Source of the DNA: Octopus vulgaris
Lineage: Eukaryota
Direction of reading: 5' to 3'
Assembly: GCA_951406725.2 (NCBI GenBank)
Contig: OX597824.1
Coordinates: forward strand, 56,358,001-56,422,000
Length of the DNA stretch: 64,000 nucleotides
The first letter of the stretch is position 1; every line of letters begins with the position of its first letter. This document shows positions 40,320-53,397 of the stretch, piece after piece. A program made the translations under genes and the position numbers. Under the pieces are notes generated by a model. It searched no databases and was not told where the DNA came from. It worked only from the letters and a program-made list of their open reading frames with translations.

Positions 40320-41501
40320 TCATTTAGTGATCGATTTTATGAATATTTGCTTCAACGGTTTATGGTCATTTTCGATTCTGAAATGAGTTCCGTATATAAA
40401 CTGATGAAATTTCTTGCATGCAAAAACTATACTGAGAGCTTCGCTCTCTATCGGACAGTAGTTTTGTTCCGCTTGAGTTGTTGCACAAGATGCAAACGAA
40501 ACAGGTAGCCATCTTTCGTTGTGTTTCTGCTCAATTATCGCTCTGAGCCCATGCTCACTAGCATCTGTAGTTATTTTTATTGGTAGATCTGGATCATAAA
40601 ATTGTAGCACTGGTTTTCTGGTAATCATTTCTTTTAGCTTTTTTATTGCTTCGATTTGGGGTTTGTTGAATGACCATAACGTGTCACTCTGTAGAAGCTG
40701 GCGTAATGGTGCTGTAACATCGGAGTAATTTGATAAAAATTTACATAGGTAATTTGTCATACCTAGGAATCTTTGTAATTCTTTTTTACTTGTTGGCAGT
40801 GGCATGTGAATGATTGCTTGCACTTTGGTTGGATCTTGTTTTATCCCTTCGCTGGTTAATAGATGCCCAAGGTACGTAATTTGTGATTCATAGAAGATAC
40901 ACTTTGATTTATTTAACTTTAATCCGTGCTTTCGGATTCGTTCGAAAACTTGTTGTAGTCTATTTCTGTGTTCTTCTAAAGTGCTGGACCAGATTATAAT
41001 GTCATCCTGTGAATTTCGTGCTCCTTCTATACCCTCTATTATTTTTGCGATTTCTTTTTGGAAAACTTCACTGGCGCTGTGAATTCCATAGGGTAGTCGT
41101 GTGAAGCGATATCTTCCAAAAGGTGTGTTGAACGTTAACAGGTGAGAGCTTTCTTCGTCAACTGGAATTTGCCAGTATCCATTAGATGCATCGAGTTTCG
41201 AAAAATATTGCATATGACGAGCTATTTGAGTTTTGGTGCCTTTTCTGTCGTGTTGACTATATACCCTTGAGATTTCGTTATCTCTTGTTTCGGATGTGGT
41301 GTTCAGCATCCTTGATTGGTGTGGTGTTTGCTCTGCACTCTGACCTGCTTGAATTGTTTTTTGTAAGTCTAAATTTGGTTCTCTCAATAATATCTCTCTT
41401 AGTCTCATGTCTCTGATTCCACATATCAGAATATCTCTGGTGAGACTGTCTGTGAGGTTGCCGAATTTGCACTGTTGTGCCTTTTGGCGCAACTCTACCA
41501 T
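40320..41501 (-). pseudogene. Gag remnant fused in frame to RT/RNase H (outer Gypsy)
   Basis: LDASNGYWQIP, FNTPFGRYRFTRLPYG, SQDD, TTDAS and NDHKPL; protease and RT N-terminus are missing. Confidence 0.92.
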
Positions 41502-41506
41502 GTACT

Positions 41507-44500
41507 TGTAGTGACGTCATATTCCAGTGTGCGCACACGCAACGTCATTCTTCAGTGTGTGTGTGCGGAACGTCACCTTTGTAGTGACGTCATGTTTCAG
41601 TGTGCGCACACGCAACGTCATTCTTCAGTGTGCGTGTGCGGGGTTGGAACCTTCTGGAAAGTCATAAGGAAGTTCCCTCATGCACATGCGCTAGAGACTG
41701 AAGAATAAATTCCATAGCGTTCCTTAATAGCATCGGGGACTTGAGACACGGCGATAGAAGAGAAAGGACGTATATTTTGAAACCTGTGATCAGCCTATTC
41801 TCCTGTCCCAGACGCTTAGGATTTGACCTGTTCTGTTGCTGCTGAATTGTTGTAAAGCTTACAAACGTTTGAATTCAGCCTTGCTGCATTGAACTAGGTG
41901 GATACCAGCATACCATCGTGTTTCATTGTTGAACCAAGAAAATAAACAATTATATATATTTTTAAACTTGCGTTTCGTTCCTGACTGGTAGTTTCTAGAA
42001 ACAAAAAGAAAGGAAATTGTGTTGCACCCAAGTTGCACCCCAAAAGTGTAAAGAAGCAACCAGTTCCCTTTACACTGGTGACCCCGAACATAGAACATTT
42101 AACTGAAATCTAGAATCTACCTAGTCTGAACCAATCAACCCGCCGCAGTCATTATCTTTCAACAATTTGTCTCCAGTCGTCTCAAGCAGTTTCAGCAATT
42201 TCCTCATCGACGAAAAAAGTTTGACTTAAGCTGTTAGTGCGATCCGTGACCAAGCATAACAGGCAGTCAAACTTAAGAAGAGACAGTTTAAAATACATAA
42301 CATTAAAAAAATTTGTTTTAGACGCGACGAAGGTTGGTAAAATAAAAAAAAAGGAATTTTTTATTCTCTGTGCATACAGTACAAAAAAACAAACAAAAAA
42401 GACATTTTTTTTTGTAAATTGCTGGTCTTGTTTTTCCTTTTTTCCTTGTTGCGTCTTTTCAACTTTGATTCGTTGTCATTTACCTTTCCTTTGACAGAAT
42501 CATCTAGTTAAAATAAAAAAAAGAACATGTCTTTGGCATCATTACCTATTTTCACGGGTGATGCCGCACTTTGGTTTGCACAACTAGAGGCATATTTTTG
42601 TGCACATAGTGTTTCTTCTGATCAGCAGTTGCAAATTCTTTATAGTTGTATGCCTCCTTAACTTGCAACTACTGCCAGAGATCTTATTACGGATCCTTCT
42701 CCAGACGCCACTTATGCGTCTGTTAAATTAGAAGTGGAGAAGAGAAATACTAGAAGCGAGGAAAGTCGCTTCAATGAATTGATGGCGGATGAGGAGTTGG
42801 GAGATAGGACTCCGTCTGAATTTTTGAGACGCCTAAGAGAGTTGAGCGGTAAAGCTGCAGACGCTCCTCTTCTTCGAAAAATTTTTTTTTCAAGGTTGCC
42901 CGCCTATATACAAACTGTTTTGGCAACCGCTTTAGAGTCCAATTCCGTGGACCAGATAGCAACTATGGCAGATAAAATGGTTGAATTTGCCATGCAACCA
43001 CCGTCATGGTCTGCTTGTGCCTGCTCACAAACTTCTTCAGCCTCAATTGAGGGACTTTCTAAACAAATAGAAAGTCTCACCAAAAGGAGGGACGCGATGG
43101 CAAGCGATTTTCCAGATCACGTAGTCGTAGCCGTTCATCATCACGTACCACACAGTCAAAGTCCGGACTCTGTTGGTATCACTCCAAATTTGGAGAGAAA
43201 GCACATAGGTGCATACAGCCATGCACCTATAAAGATTTAAACTAGCTTCGGAGGAGTTGAGCATGTCAACCTCCTCCACATCATTTTCTAGTTATCGTGC
43301 ATTTTTCGTTAAGGATCTAGTGTCGAAGAAATACTTCATGGTGGACACTGGTTCTTGTTGCAGCATTTGGCCTCTGCGTCTTACAACCGACAAGCCAAAA
43401 CGATCTAATGTTACCTTGCACGCTATTGACTCGTCACCAATAGCCACATTCGGTCAGATCTCTTTACACCTTGACATAAATCTTCGTCGAGATTTTCAGT
43501 GGGTTTTTGTCATTGCTGACATTCCGCATCCTATTTTAGGTGTGGATTTTCTAAATAATTTTGATTTATTGGTAGATGTCAGACGTCGGAGGCTAGTCGA
43601 CAGTTCAACTACACTCTCCACGCCGACCAGAGACTCTACCGATTCAGCTCTTAGCCCGACATTTTTTGTTTCTACATCTGGAGATGTTTTTCATTCTCTT
43701 TTGGCTTCTTTTCCAGAGCTACTTGATTTTACCTTTAAAATGGCAAAATCAATACACTCGACACTCCATTTTATTACAACAACTAGCCGCCTGTTTTTTC
43801 GCGCCCACGGCGTCTTGCTCCTGACCGTCTTAAAATGGCTAGGGCTGAGTTTGAGCATATACTCCAGCTTGGTCTGATACGCCCATCCACCAGTCCATGG
43901 GCATCACCCCTTCATTTAGTTCGAAAAGGGGATACAGATTTTCGCCCGGTGGGAGATTATTGGCGTCTAAATTCTGTGACAATTCCGGACAGATATCCAA
44001 TTAGGACTTTTCAGCGAATCTCCATGGCTGTACCATTTTTTCTAAGGTTGACCTCATAGTGTTTATCATCAAATACTGGTCAACCCAGACGATGTTCCTA
44101 AAACAGCTATTACCACTCCTTTTGGTTGTGTTGAATTTTTATGTATGAGTTTTGGTTTTGGGAACGCCACTAGTACGTTCCAACGTTTTATAGATGAAGT
44201 TGTTCGTGGACTTGATTTTGTTTTCGCGTTTTCTCATCGCAAGTGATACGCATGAAAATCATCTCCAGCACTTGTCTCAGCTTTTTCAGTGTCTTCGCGA
44301 CTATGGTGTTCGCATTAATCCAGACAAGTGTGTTTTTGGGCAACCATCTCTTGATTTTCTCGGTCATTATATTGATTCGAGTGGAATCAAACCACTCTCG
44401 TCTAAAGTCGATGCAATTCAGCGCATCGCACCACATTCTTCTTTGCGTCAACTTCGCCATTTTGTGGCTGGCTATAGTTAATTTCTATCGACGCTTCATA

Positions 44501-47168
44501 AACCGGTGTGCGGACAAGTTGTTTCCTTTAACGCAGTTGCTAAAGGGCAATTCTAAAAAGGACGCCCGTCTTACTCTTTCAGCTGAAGCACTGTCTGCCT
44601 TTGAGTTAGTTAAAAAGGAACTAGCTTCAGTTCCTGTTTTAGCACATCCGGCTCCTGATGCTCCACTTACTTTATCTGTGGACGCATCAGATTCTGCAGT
44701 TGGCGCTGTCTTGCAGCACACCGTAGATGGTGAAACTAAACCTTTGGCTTTCTTTTCTTGCCAGCTAAAGCCTGCTGAACGCAGACATAGTACTTTTGAT
44801 CGAGAGTTACTAGCGACCTATCTGTCAGTTCGGCATTTTCAGCACCAGCTCGAGGGACGAGAGTTTGTGATTTATACTGATCACAAGCCCCTTACTTTTG
44901 CACTATCTTCTAAAATGGATAAACTCTCTCCTCGTGCTTTCCGTCACCTGGACTATATTTCTCAGTTTACAAGTGACATTCGACATGTGCCAGGGAAGGA
45001 GAACGTCCCAGCTGATGCTCTTTCTAGACTCCCTGTCAATTCCATTTCCTCTCCGGCAGAAATTGACTTAACTGCTATTTCGCAGGATCAACCACCTTTA
45101 GCGGAGTTGGATTTAACTTCGCCCAAGCTCATCAATTGTAAGTTTGCCTACCGACCGCTCCCTTCAGCAGAAGGCTCTATTCTTTGTGACATATCCACCG
45201 GTTCTCCTAGACCGTTAGTACCTGAGAAATATCAACGTTCTGTTTTTGATGCTCTTCATTCATTGTCACATCCAGGTATCTCTGCCACAGTAAAGCTTGT
45301 TACTGCTCGGTTCTTCTGGCCCAATATGCGACGATCGATTACCTCTTGGGCACGCTCTTGTTTGAGACACATTCGTGCTCCACTTGGACAGTTTTCTTCT
45401 CCTGAGGCCCGTTTTCGCCATGTCTACCTTGATTTGGTTGGACCATGGCCTGTGAGTCGCGGGTTCTCATATATTTTAACCTGTATTGATCGTTTCTCAC
45501 ATTGGCCGGAAGCTATTCCTATAGCAGACATTTCTGCTGAAACTGTTGCGAAAGCTTTCGTGTCTAATTGGATTTCTAGGTATGGTGTACCGTCCAGTTT
45601 AACCACAGATTGTGGTCGACAATTCGAAGCAGTTTTATTTCGTGAGTTATCACGAATCTTGGGAATGCATCATATACGCACCACTAGTTACCACCTCGCT
45701 TCTAATGGGATGGTGGAGCGTTTCCACAGGCAACTTAAGGCCGCGTTGCGTGCCTCGCCGAATCCACAGTCGTGGACTGAATTTCTTCCTATCGTCTTGC
45801 TTGGATGTCGGACTGCGATTAAAGCAGACTTTGGTTTTTCTTCTGCCGAGCTCTTGTATGGTACCACACTGGCATTGCCTGGTACGATGTTGGTGCCAGA
45901 CAAGTCACAGTCTCTTAATTTAGTCTTATGTTGCTCGTCTACGCAGATATTTTTCTGCCCTTCCTCCTATAGGCCCTCGACACCAAAATCCTTCTAATAT
46001 GCCATCAGATCTTGATTCTTGGACGCATGTTTTTGTTCGTGATGATTCTGTCAAAGGACCACTTGTTTCTCCTTATAAAGGACCTTTTCGTGTGATTTCT
46101 CGCACGCCGAAGGTATTCAAACTTGAAATTAACGGTCGTTCGGAGACCGTATGCGTAGATCGTCTTAAAAGGGCATATTTTGAGGTGTCCACATCTTTTG
46201 ATGACCCCACTGCCACAACCATCGTTGAACCTTCACATGCACTTTTGACAACACCACCATTTACACATGCACCTTTATCAACACCACTTTCGTCGTTGCA
46301 GCCTGCCTCGAACAAACCTTATGTTACGAGGTCAGGCAGAACTGTTCACTGGCCGAAGAAACTTTCAAAGACGATTTATATTTAACATTCTCAATTGACT
46401 TCCCAGTGACAGTTACGATACTAATTGAACTTTGTTCATTTGAGTATTATTTTTTCTTTTCCTTTGCTGCATGCTTGTTTATATTATGGATTTTTTTTTT
46501 TGTTTTAATTTGTCATATTGTGTGCCATTTTGGTGATTTGGTATCCACCTTATATTCTGAGGCCACTACAAGGAATTTTGTTTCGTGCTTCTGCACTCGA
46601 GGGGGAGCTTTTGTAGTGACGTCATATTCCAGTGTGCGCACACGCAACGTCATTCTTTAGTGTGCGTGTGCGGAACGTCACCTTTGTAGTGACGTCATGT
46701 TTCAGTGTGCGCACACGCAACGTCATTCTTCAGTGTGCGTGTGCGGGGTTGGAACCTTCTGGAAAGGCATAAGGAAGTTCCCTCATGCACATGCGCTAGA
46801 GACTGAAGAATAAATTCCATAGCGTTCCTTAATAGCATCGGGGACTTGAGACACGGCGATAGAAGAGAAAGGACGTATATTTTGAAACCTGTGATCAGCC
46901 TATTCTCCTGTCCCAGACGCTTAGGATTTGACCTGTTCTGTTGCTGCTGAATTGTTGTAAAGCTTACAAACGTTTGAATTCAGCCTTGCTGCATTGAACT
47001 AGGTGGATACCAGCATACCATCGTGTTTCATTGTTGAACCAAGAAAATAAACAATTATATATATTTTTAAACTTGCGTTTCGTTCCTGACTGGTAGTTTC
47101 TAGAAACAAAAAGAAAGGAAATTGTGTTGCACCCCAAAAGTGTAAAGAAGCAACCAGTTCCCTTTACA
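41507..47168 (+). mobile_element. Ty3/Gypsy LTR retrotransposon (inner), structurally complete
   Basis: LTRs 41507-42074 and 46612-47168 (tgta...taca); PBS tggtgaccccga at 42076-42087 (tRNA-Trp-like); PPT gagggggag at ~46599; 4-bp TSD tact/tatt. Confidence 0.96.
42527..46385 (+). pseudogene. gag-pol of the inner Gypsy (protease, RT, RNase H, integrase, GPY/F), multiply frameshifted
   Basis: LGDRTPSEFLRRL (gag), VDTGS (PR), SPWASPLHLV (RT), VDAS and TDHKPL (RH), [14 protein letters not shown] and SNGMVERFH (IN), PYKGPF. Confidence 0.95.
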
Positions 47169-47948
47169 TATTCATCGAATTTTTGATGTTCCACTTGTCC
47201 ACATGTGAAGAATTTGTGTCTCAGGAAAGTTATGTTTTTCCTGGGTTCACAATATGTATCGAATTTTTCGATTACTGTTTGAAGGTTCATTTCTTCGTCG
47301 GGTGAATCGAAATCCAGAGTGGAATGGATGTCTCGGCCTTTGGAACCGATGCAAGTTAAAAACATTGAAGTTTTTACTTTGTGTCACTTTATGTCACTTT
47401 CTGTTGCTATCAAAAAGAGATTGAATTCTTTCTTCCACTTTGTCCATGCTGCGGCTAGATTTTCCTGATTAAAGTCTAGGTCTTTTGGATGCGGTAAATT
47501 TTCCATTTCGTCTTTGAAGTATGATTTCAACTTCTTTTTTCTTTTGGTTTCTGTATGATGGGTTCTTTTAGTATTCTGACACCATGTTGTTGTTATACAT
47601 ATATATATATAATGTATACTGTATTGAGTATGAAAGGAAATAGTGAGTACTTAGTATGAAAGATTAAGAAAGTGAGAGAGACTGGATAAGCGTGTTAACA
47701 ATACGAGATACTTTATTAGACTGCTGCTTATACAAAGGTATCTCCCGGGGCAGGAGATTTACTGATTGTCTCTGTATCAAGGAAGATAATGGGCGACGTT
47801 AATTGTTCATATTTGTTGTGATGATTACATTAACACTAGGTAAATGTTTGATAGTATCTTTAATTTTACTCTATATGGCATGATTTAAGTATACCATTGT
47901 TGAATTGCTACATGGTGGTTCTCTAATTTATATACATATATTATATAT

Positions 47949-48771
47949 TGTTACTGATGCTTTTAGCCCCAGGCGATCAACGTCACCAGATGGACTTTAG
48001 ACACAAACTATCAGTGCCCTTGTGTTATTTGCAAAGGGAGGTCATCCTCCCTCGAAAACCTAAGTGCTACATACGGACTATAGTTTCAAGGTAATTGCCT
48101 CTCGTCAACGCATAGTAAACATCGGTTTTCGATGAAGGAGACCCCTTGCAAATAATAATATTTAACGTTTTTCACAGCAACCACTGTCACTGATTTAGAA
48201 AAACTGTCTGAAAGCATTAATAAATCTCTGAACGAGATATAAACAGTAACCGCTCGACAACGTAAGGTGTACTAGCCATCTGAATGTGGCTAGCCACTGG
48301 GGTTGGGGTGTTACTGATGCTTTTAGCCCCAGGCGATCAACGTCACCAGATGGACTTTAGACACAAACTATCAGTGCCCTTGTGTTATTTGCAAAGGGAG
48401 GTCATCCTCCCTCGAAAACCTAAGTGCTATATACGGACTATAGTTTCAAGGTAATTGCCTCTCGTCAACGCATGGTAAACACCGGTTTTCGATGAAGGAT
48501 ACCCCTTGCAAATAATAATATTTAACGTTTTTCACAGCAACCAATGTCACTGATTTAGAAAAACTGTCTGAAAGCATTAATAAATCTCTGAACGAGATAT
48601 AAACAGTAACCGCTCGACAACGTAAGGTGTACTAGCCATCTGAATGTGGCTATGGGGCTAAAAGCATTAGTAACACCCCACCCCCAGTGGCTAGCCACAT
48701 TCAGATGGCTAGTACACCTTACGTTGTCGAGCGGTTACTGTTTATATCTCATTCAGAGATTTATTAATGCT
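47949..48771 (-). mobile_element. Non-coding retrozyme/Penelope-like element: 360-bp tandem unit x2 plus inverted partial copy
   Basis: 47950-48309 is repeated at 48310-48652 and inverted at 48653-48771; (TA)n on both sides. Confidence 0.78.
48071..48113 (-). ncRNA. Minimal type I hammerhead ribozyme, U3 variant (second copy 48431-48473)
   Basis: atgcg-TTGACGA-gagg-caatta-cctt-GAAAC-tata-GTC-cgtat; palindromic stem III actatagt. Confidence 0.78.
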
Positions 48772-48815
48772 TATATATATATATATTGTTGAAAAACTGA
48801 ATTTTTTTCAGAATC

Positions 48816-50500
48816 GGGATCTTTTCAATTGTGTGGCCAGGAGCCCAGATCTTTCTACTTAACTAAATAATTTGAAACTTCGTATGCTGGTACAATGTTT
48901 CAAAACAAGACACAGGTTAGAACTAGTTTATTTGAGAAAAATCTATTTTATGACTTTAATCGTAGATTAAAACTGCGAATTTTAACCAATGAGATTGCTT
49001 GTTTTCATATTTAATACGTTACTGCATTCTGTTAGTGTGACGTAGAAAGCAGTTTTGTGACGTAGGCAACTGTGCACACACACACACACACACACACATA
49101 CATACATAGATACATACACACACACACATACAGATACACATACACCGAGTATTCACTCGAAAAAACTAAACACTGAATCGGCCATACATACATGTGTGAC
49201 ACACACACATACATAGATACATACACACACACACACATACATAGATACATACACACACACATACATACAGATACACCGAGTATTCACTCGAAAAAACTAA
49301 ACACCGAATCGGCCATACATACATACATACACACACATACATAGATACATACACACATACATACATACATTCATACATATACACCGAGTAAAAAATTTCA
49401 TCGTTATTGTTTTGTTTACATACCATATGTGGATCTTTTCAATTCTGAAGCCAGGACCACAGATCTTTCTACTTAACTAAATATTCTGAAACTTCGTATG
49501 CTGATAGAGTCTAGCAAAACAAGACACAGGTTGGAACTAGTTTATTTGAGAAAAATCTATTTTATGACTTTAATCGTAGATTAAAACTGCGAATTTTAAC
49601 CAATCAGATTGTTTGTTTTCATGTGTAAAACTTGACTGCATTCTATTAGTGTGACGTAGAAAGCGCTTTTGTGACGTACTAACGTTCGGAAAACTGTAAA
49701 CAAACACAGAACGTAACGGCAGACGAAATACGGCTACGCATTTCGCCCGGCGTGCTAACGTTTCTGCCAGCTCTTTGCTTTTTTAATATTAAATTTCTTG
49801 CCTTTTGCACAAATAAATACAATAAGTGAAATGAAACGCATTAGCTTAGAAACGAAATCTTGTTAGAAGCCTCGTCACTGAGATGCCACTTCTTAATAGC
49901 AAACGAAAGCAAGTACTAACAGAATGGAAACATTTTCAATTTAATACATGTGGCTTATTAACTAGTTTTAAATATTGTTATTAGAAGGTGGCTGACTATA
50001 GGATCCTGGAAACATGAGTACGTTAAATAATTAGAAGGAGATTTCACGGAGACATGCGGTCTGTTTACATTTAAGATGTTTAATACGTCACCAAATTGGT
50101 GGTCGAGACGGAGTAAATAAAATAAAGCCGAATGACGGAATATCATTGGTTAAAATTCTAATTATTAAACAACGTTAAACTTAGAAGTTGACACATTCTA
50201 CCAGTATACGAAGTTTCAAATTGTTTGGTTCAGTAGGAAAAATTTGAAAAAACTGGCTTCAGAATTGAAAAGATCCCCATATGTTTACTACGAGTAAATA
50301 ATATGAAGCCGAAAGACGGAATACCATTGGTTAAAATTCTAATTATTAAACAATGTTAAACTTAGAAGTTACAATTCCGTTTTCATTCTGGTTTACAATT
50401 AAGTTTACTTTTGACACATTCTACCAGTATACGAAGTTTCAAATTGTTTGGTTCAGTAGGAAAAATTTGGAAAAACTGGCTTCACAAATGAAAAGATCCC
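48816..50500. mobile_element. Non-autonomous TIR element (GGGATCTTTTCA ends) with a same-family copy nested at 49430-50277
   Basis: Outer TSD agaatc (48810-48815 / 50501-50506); inner TSD catatg (49424-49429 / 50278-50283); long imperfect TIRs. Confidence 0.8.
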
Positions 50501-51555
50501 AGAATCGTAATCTTCGTATTTTTGTACGTATTTCGCAAAAAAAAAAAAAAAAAAAAAAAAGAAAAGAAATTTTACAAAGTGTTAATTTTAGAAAATTCTT
50601 TTCAGAATCGGATCCTCTATAATAAAAACGTGAGATTCTGTAAAAATATATATATATATATATATAACCATTTTACCGATAGTTATGACGGAAATATCGG
50701 ATCTTGTATATTATCCGAAAGTCCTCTTTCCCCCATCCTGGGTCATTACCGCAATTTTCGCATAATTGTTAACACCCAGCAGGCTGGTTTATTATTATTT
50801 TTTTGTTCACGGGTGAAGATCTTTATATTAACCTTTCTTACTACAGTCACGGCTATCTATGTGTAATTAGTATTATCGCGTCATTTTCTGTTGGTTTGAA
50901 TATTTTTTCATATAAACTTTTCACTTTGTTTAAATACAAACGTATTTACTTTCTATTTTACATGTAGAAGGGGTCTGGCGGAAATAAGCTTGCAGATATT
51001 AAATAATTTCTGATCAATATTTTAGAATAGATGCAAAGGAATTGTGCGAGTGATAAGGTAATAAATTGTACGACAGAACTTTTTGACACATTACAAAAAT
51101 AAAACGAATTAAATATATCGGTATACGTATTTTAAACGGTAATCATAACTCGCCAACACATATCTATTGTAGTTCTCCATGTTATGTTAAAAATGTTAAC
51201 AGATTATTCACTCCCTTATTTGTAACTCTTCAGTTTTCATTCATAAGACTTTATTTACAAACATTTTTTTCTGGGAGATTTTGAATGAATATGTAGTGCG
51301 TATTTTTCTGCATTTACTCCGCTGTTGAAAACAAGATTGATAAATCTATATGAACAGACTTATCTCTATAATTAACAAAAAAGGTATTATTGTGGTATTT
51401 TCAACGATAGCATTTTTCTTTCTTTTATAACATTGTTTATTTTGATATCTTTCATAAATATTGTCCGGTATTACCGACACCTTGCGTGGATAAAAGACGA
51501 ACAATCCAATGTGGTTATCAAGTGTAATTTAAGATTTTAGGTCTTTAATATTTCG

Positions 51556-51843
51556 ATGTGTTATAAACAACTATCCCATGTAAGAACAAATATGATCAAG
51601 GCCACTATCTTTGTGTTGCTCCTGGCAATTATTTTCTATTATTCTTTGCGAAAATTGATACACGAAAGCTTCCTTCAAGATGGTAAATCACCAGGAAATA
51701 TTTACATAAATCAAAAAAATATTCTTCATGAAATCAAACTGTACACTGGTCCAGAAAATACCAAAGCAATTTCTGAAGAACCCTTAGTTGATTCCAAGTT
51801 TGACGTGCAACCTATAATGGAAGGATCGAAGAAAAACAAGTGA
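51556..51843 (+). CDS. Possible small single-transmembrane ORF of unknown origin
   Basis: IKATIFVLLLAIIFYYSL hydrophobic segment followed by a polar tail, in non-repetitive AT-rich DNA; no family recognised. Confidence 0.25.
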   Translation: MCYKQLSHVRTNMIKATIFVLLLAIIFYYSLRKLIHESFLQDGKSPGNIYINQKNILHEIKLYTGPENTKAISEEPLVDSKFDVQPIMEGSKKNK

Positions 51844-52325
51844 GGAACTTTTGATATTCTAAATTGGATAATGAAAGATTAACTTGTTTAAATAAATGAT
51901 TATAGAGCTGAGGATGACAAAAGTGTAAGAGATTAAACAAAATGTTATGCCTTGTTTATGTTTCTCTGCGTACTGAGTTCTGGCGAAGTCGTCAAAATAC
52001 GTACGGCTTAAATACCGACGAGGTCGATATGATTATATAATTTCTGCAGTTATGTTAGTCAGATGATATTTTGCACAATTGTTTTTCAGAGTGAACTATT
52101 TAATGATATTTCAAAAATGTCGGAGAAATGCTGGGGATCTTTTTTCGTTTTCTTCCAACCACAAATCTTATTCTAAAAATTCTCAAAAATTTACTTTTGA
52201 TATAGTTTTGTATACTGACAACGAATTTAAATTTACGTACTTTTAGCCAAGTCAGTGTGCTCGCAGCGGAAGTCGAAACTGTTGTCATGACAATTCTAGT
52301 GTATCGTTTACTCCTATTGCTGTGA

Positions 52326-52492
52326 GTGAAAGAATTGACAGCTACTAGATTTGGTAAGAAGGAATTTGGAATTGGTAACACTAACGCAGTAGATTATACT
52401 ATTTATTTATGGGATATCTGCGTGGAAGATTTGCCCCGCAATGCAATGAAAATTAATGGTGGTCCCCTGCGGAATTGTGGAAATAGACGAGC
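52326..52492 (+). pseudogene. Merlin/IS1595-like (ISXO2) transposase fragment
   Basis: Across a frameshift reads KI.GGP-GIVEIDE, resembling the first catalytic block of Merlin transposases. Confidence 0.55.
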
Positions 52493-53397
52493 GGCGAAGT
52501 TTCGCATGTCGTAGCACAGATTTCCGTCGATTTCCGTAAAAAACTTTTATTTTTTCACATAAGTAATGAGAGCGAAAGAGACTAAGAGGAAACGATTTTA
52601 CGACGAGAAGGTTTCTCTTTGAAATCGGCCTGTGTGTGTTTGATGGGGTGTGGGAGACAGACAGTATGTTGTGTAAGTGAAGTGCTTCTGTTAGTGTGTG
52701 CGAAGAGACAGAGAGAGTAATGTGTGAAAGAGAGAGATAACTGATTTTTTACTTGGTGTATGTGTATATGTATGTATGCATGTATGTGTATATGTATGTA
52801 TGCATGTATCTATGTATGTGTGTGTGTGTAAGTATGTGTGTGTGTATGTATGTATGTATGGCCGATTCATCGTAATTTTTTACTCGGTGTATGTGTATAT
52901 GTATGTCTGCATGTATGTGTGTGTGTGTATGTATCTATGTATGTGTGTATGTGTATGTATGTATGTGTGTATGTATGTATAGTCGATTCAGTGTAATTTT
53001 TTACTCGGTGTATGTGTATATGTATGTCTGCATGTATGTGTGTGTGTGTATGTATCTATGTGTGTGTGTGTGTAAGTATGTGTGTGTGTATGTATGTATG
53101 TGTGTGTGTGTATGTATCTATGTATGTGTGTGTGTGTATGTATGTATGTATGTACTCGGTGTATGTGTATATGTATGTCTGTCTCTTCGCACACACTAAC
53201 AGAAGCACTTCACTTACACAACATACTGTCTGTCTCCCACACCCCATCAAACACACACAGGCCGACTTCAAAGTGAAACCTTCTCGTCGTAAAATCGTTT
53301 CCTCTTAGTCCCTTTCGCTCTCATTACTTATGTAAAAAAATAAAAGTTTTTTACGGAAATCGACGGAAATCTGTGCTACGACATGCGAAACTTCGCC
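52492..53397. mobile_element. Foldback/MITE with ~220-bp TIRs around composite (TG/TATG) microsatellite
   Basis: ggcgaagtttcgcatgtcgtagcac... pairs with ...gtgctacgacatgcgaaacttcgcc. Confidence 0.85.

Larger units (their letters stand above)
39800..47835 (-). mobile_element. Ty3/Gypsy LTR retrotransposon (outer), 3'-truncated, interrupted by a nested element
   Basis: Probable 5' LTR 47585-47835 (tgtt...aaca); PBS tggtgtcagaa at 47574-47584 (tRNA-Leu-like); gag ATG at 47506; RT, RNase H and the start of integrase down to ~39800. Confidence 0.85.
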
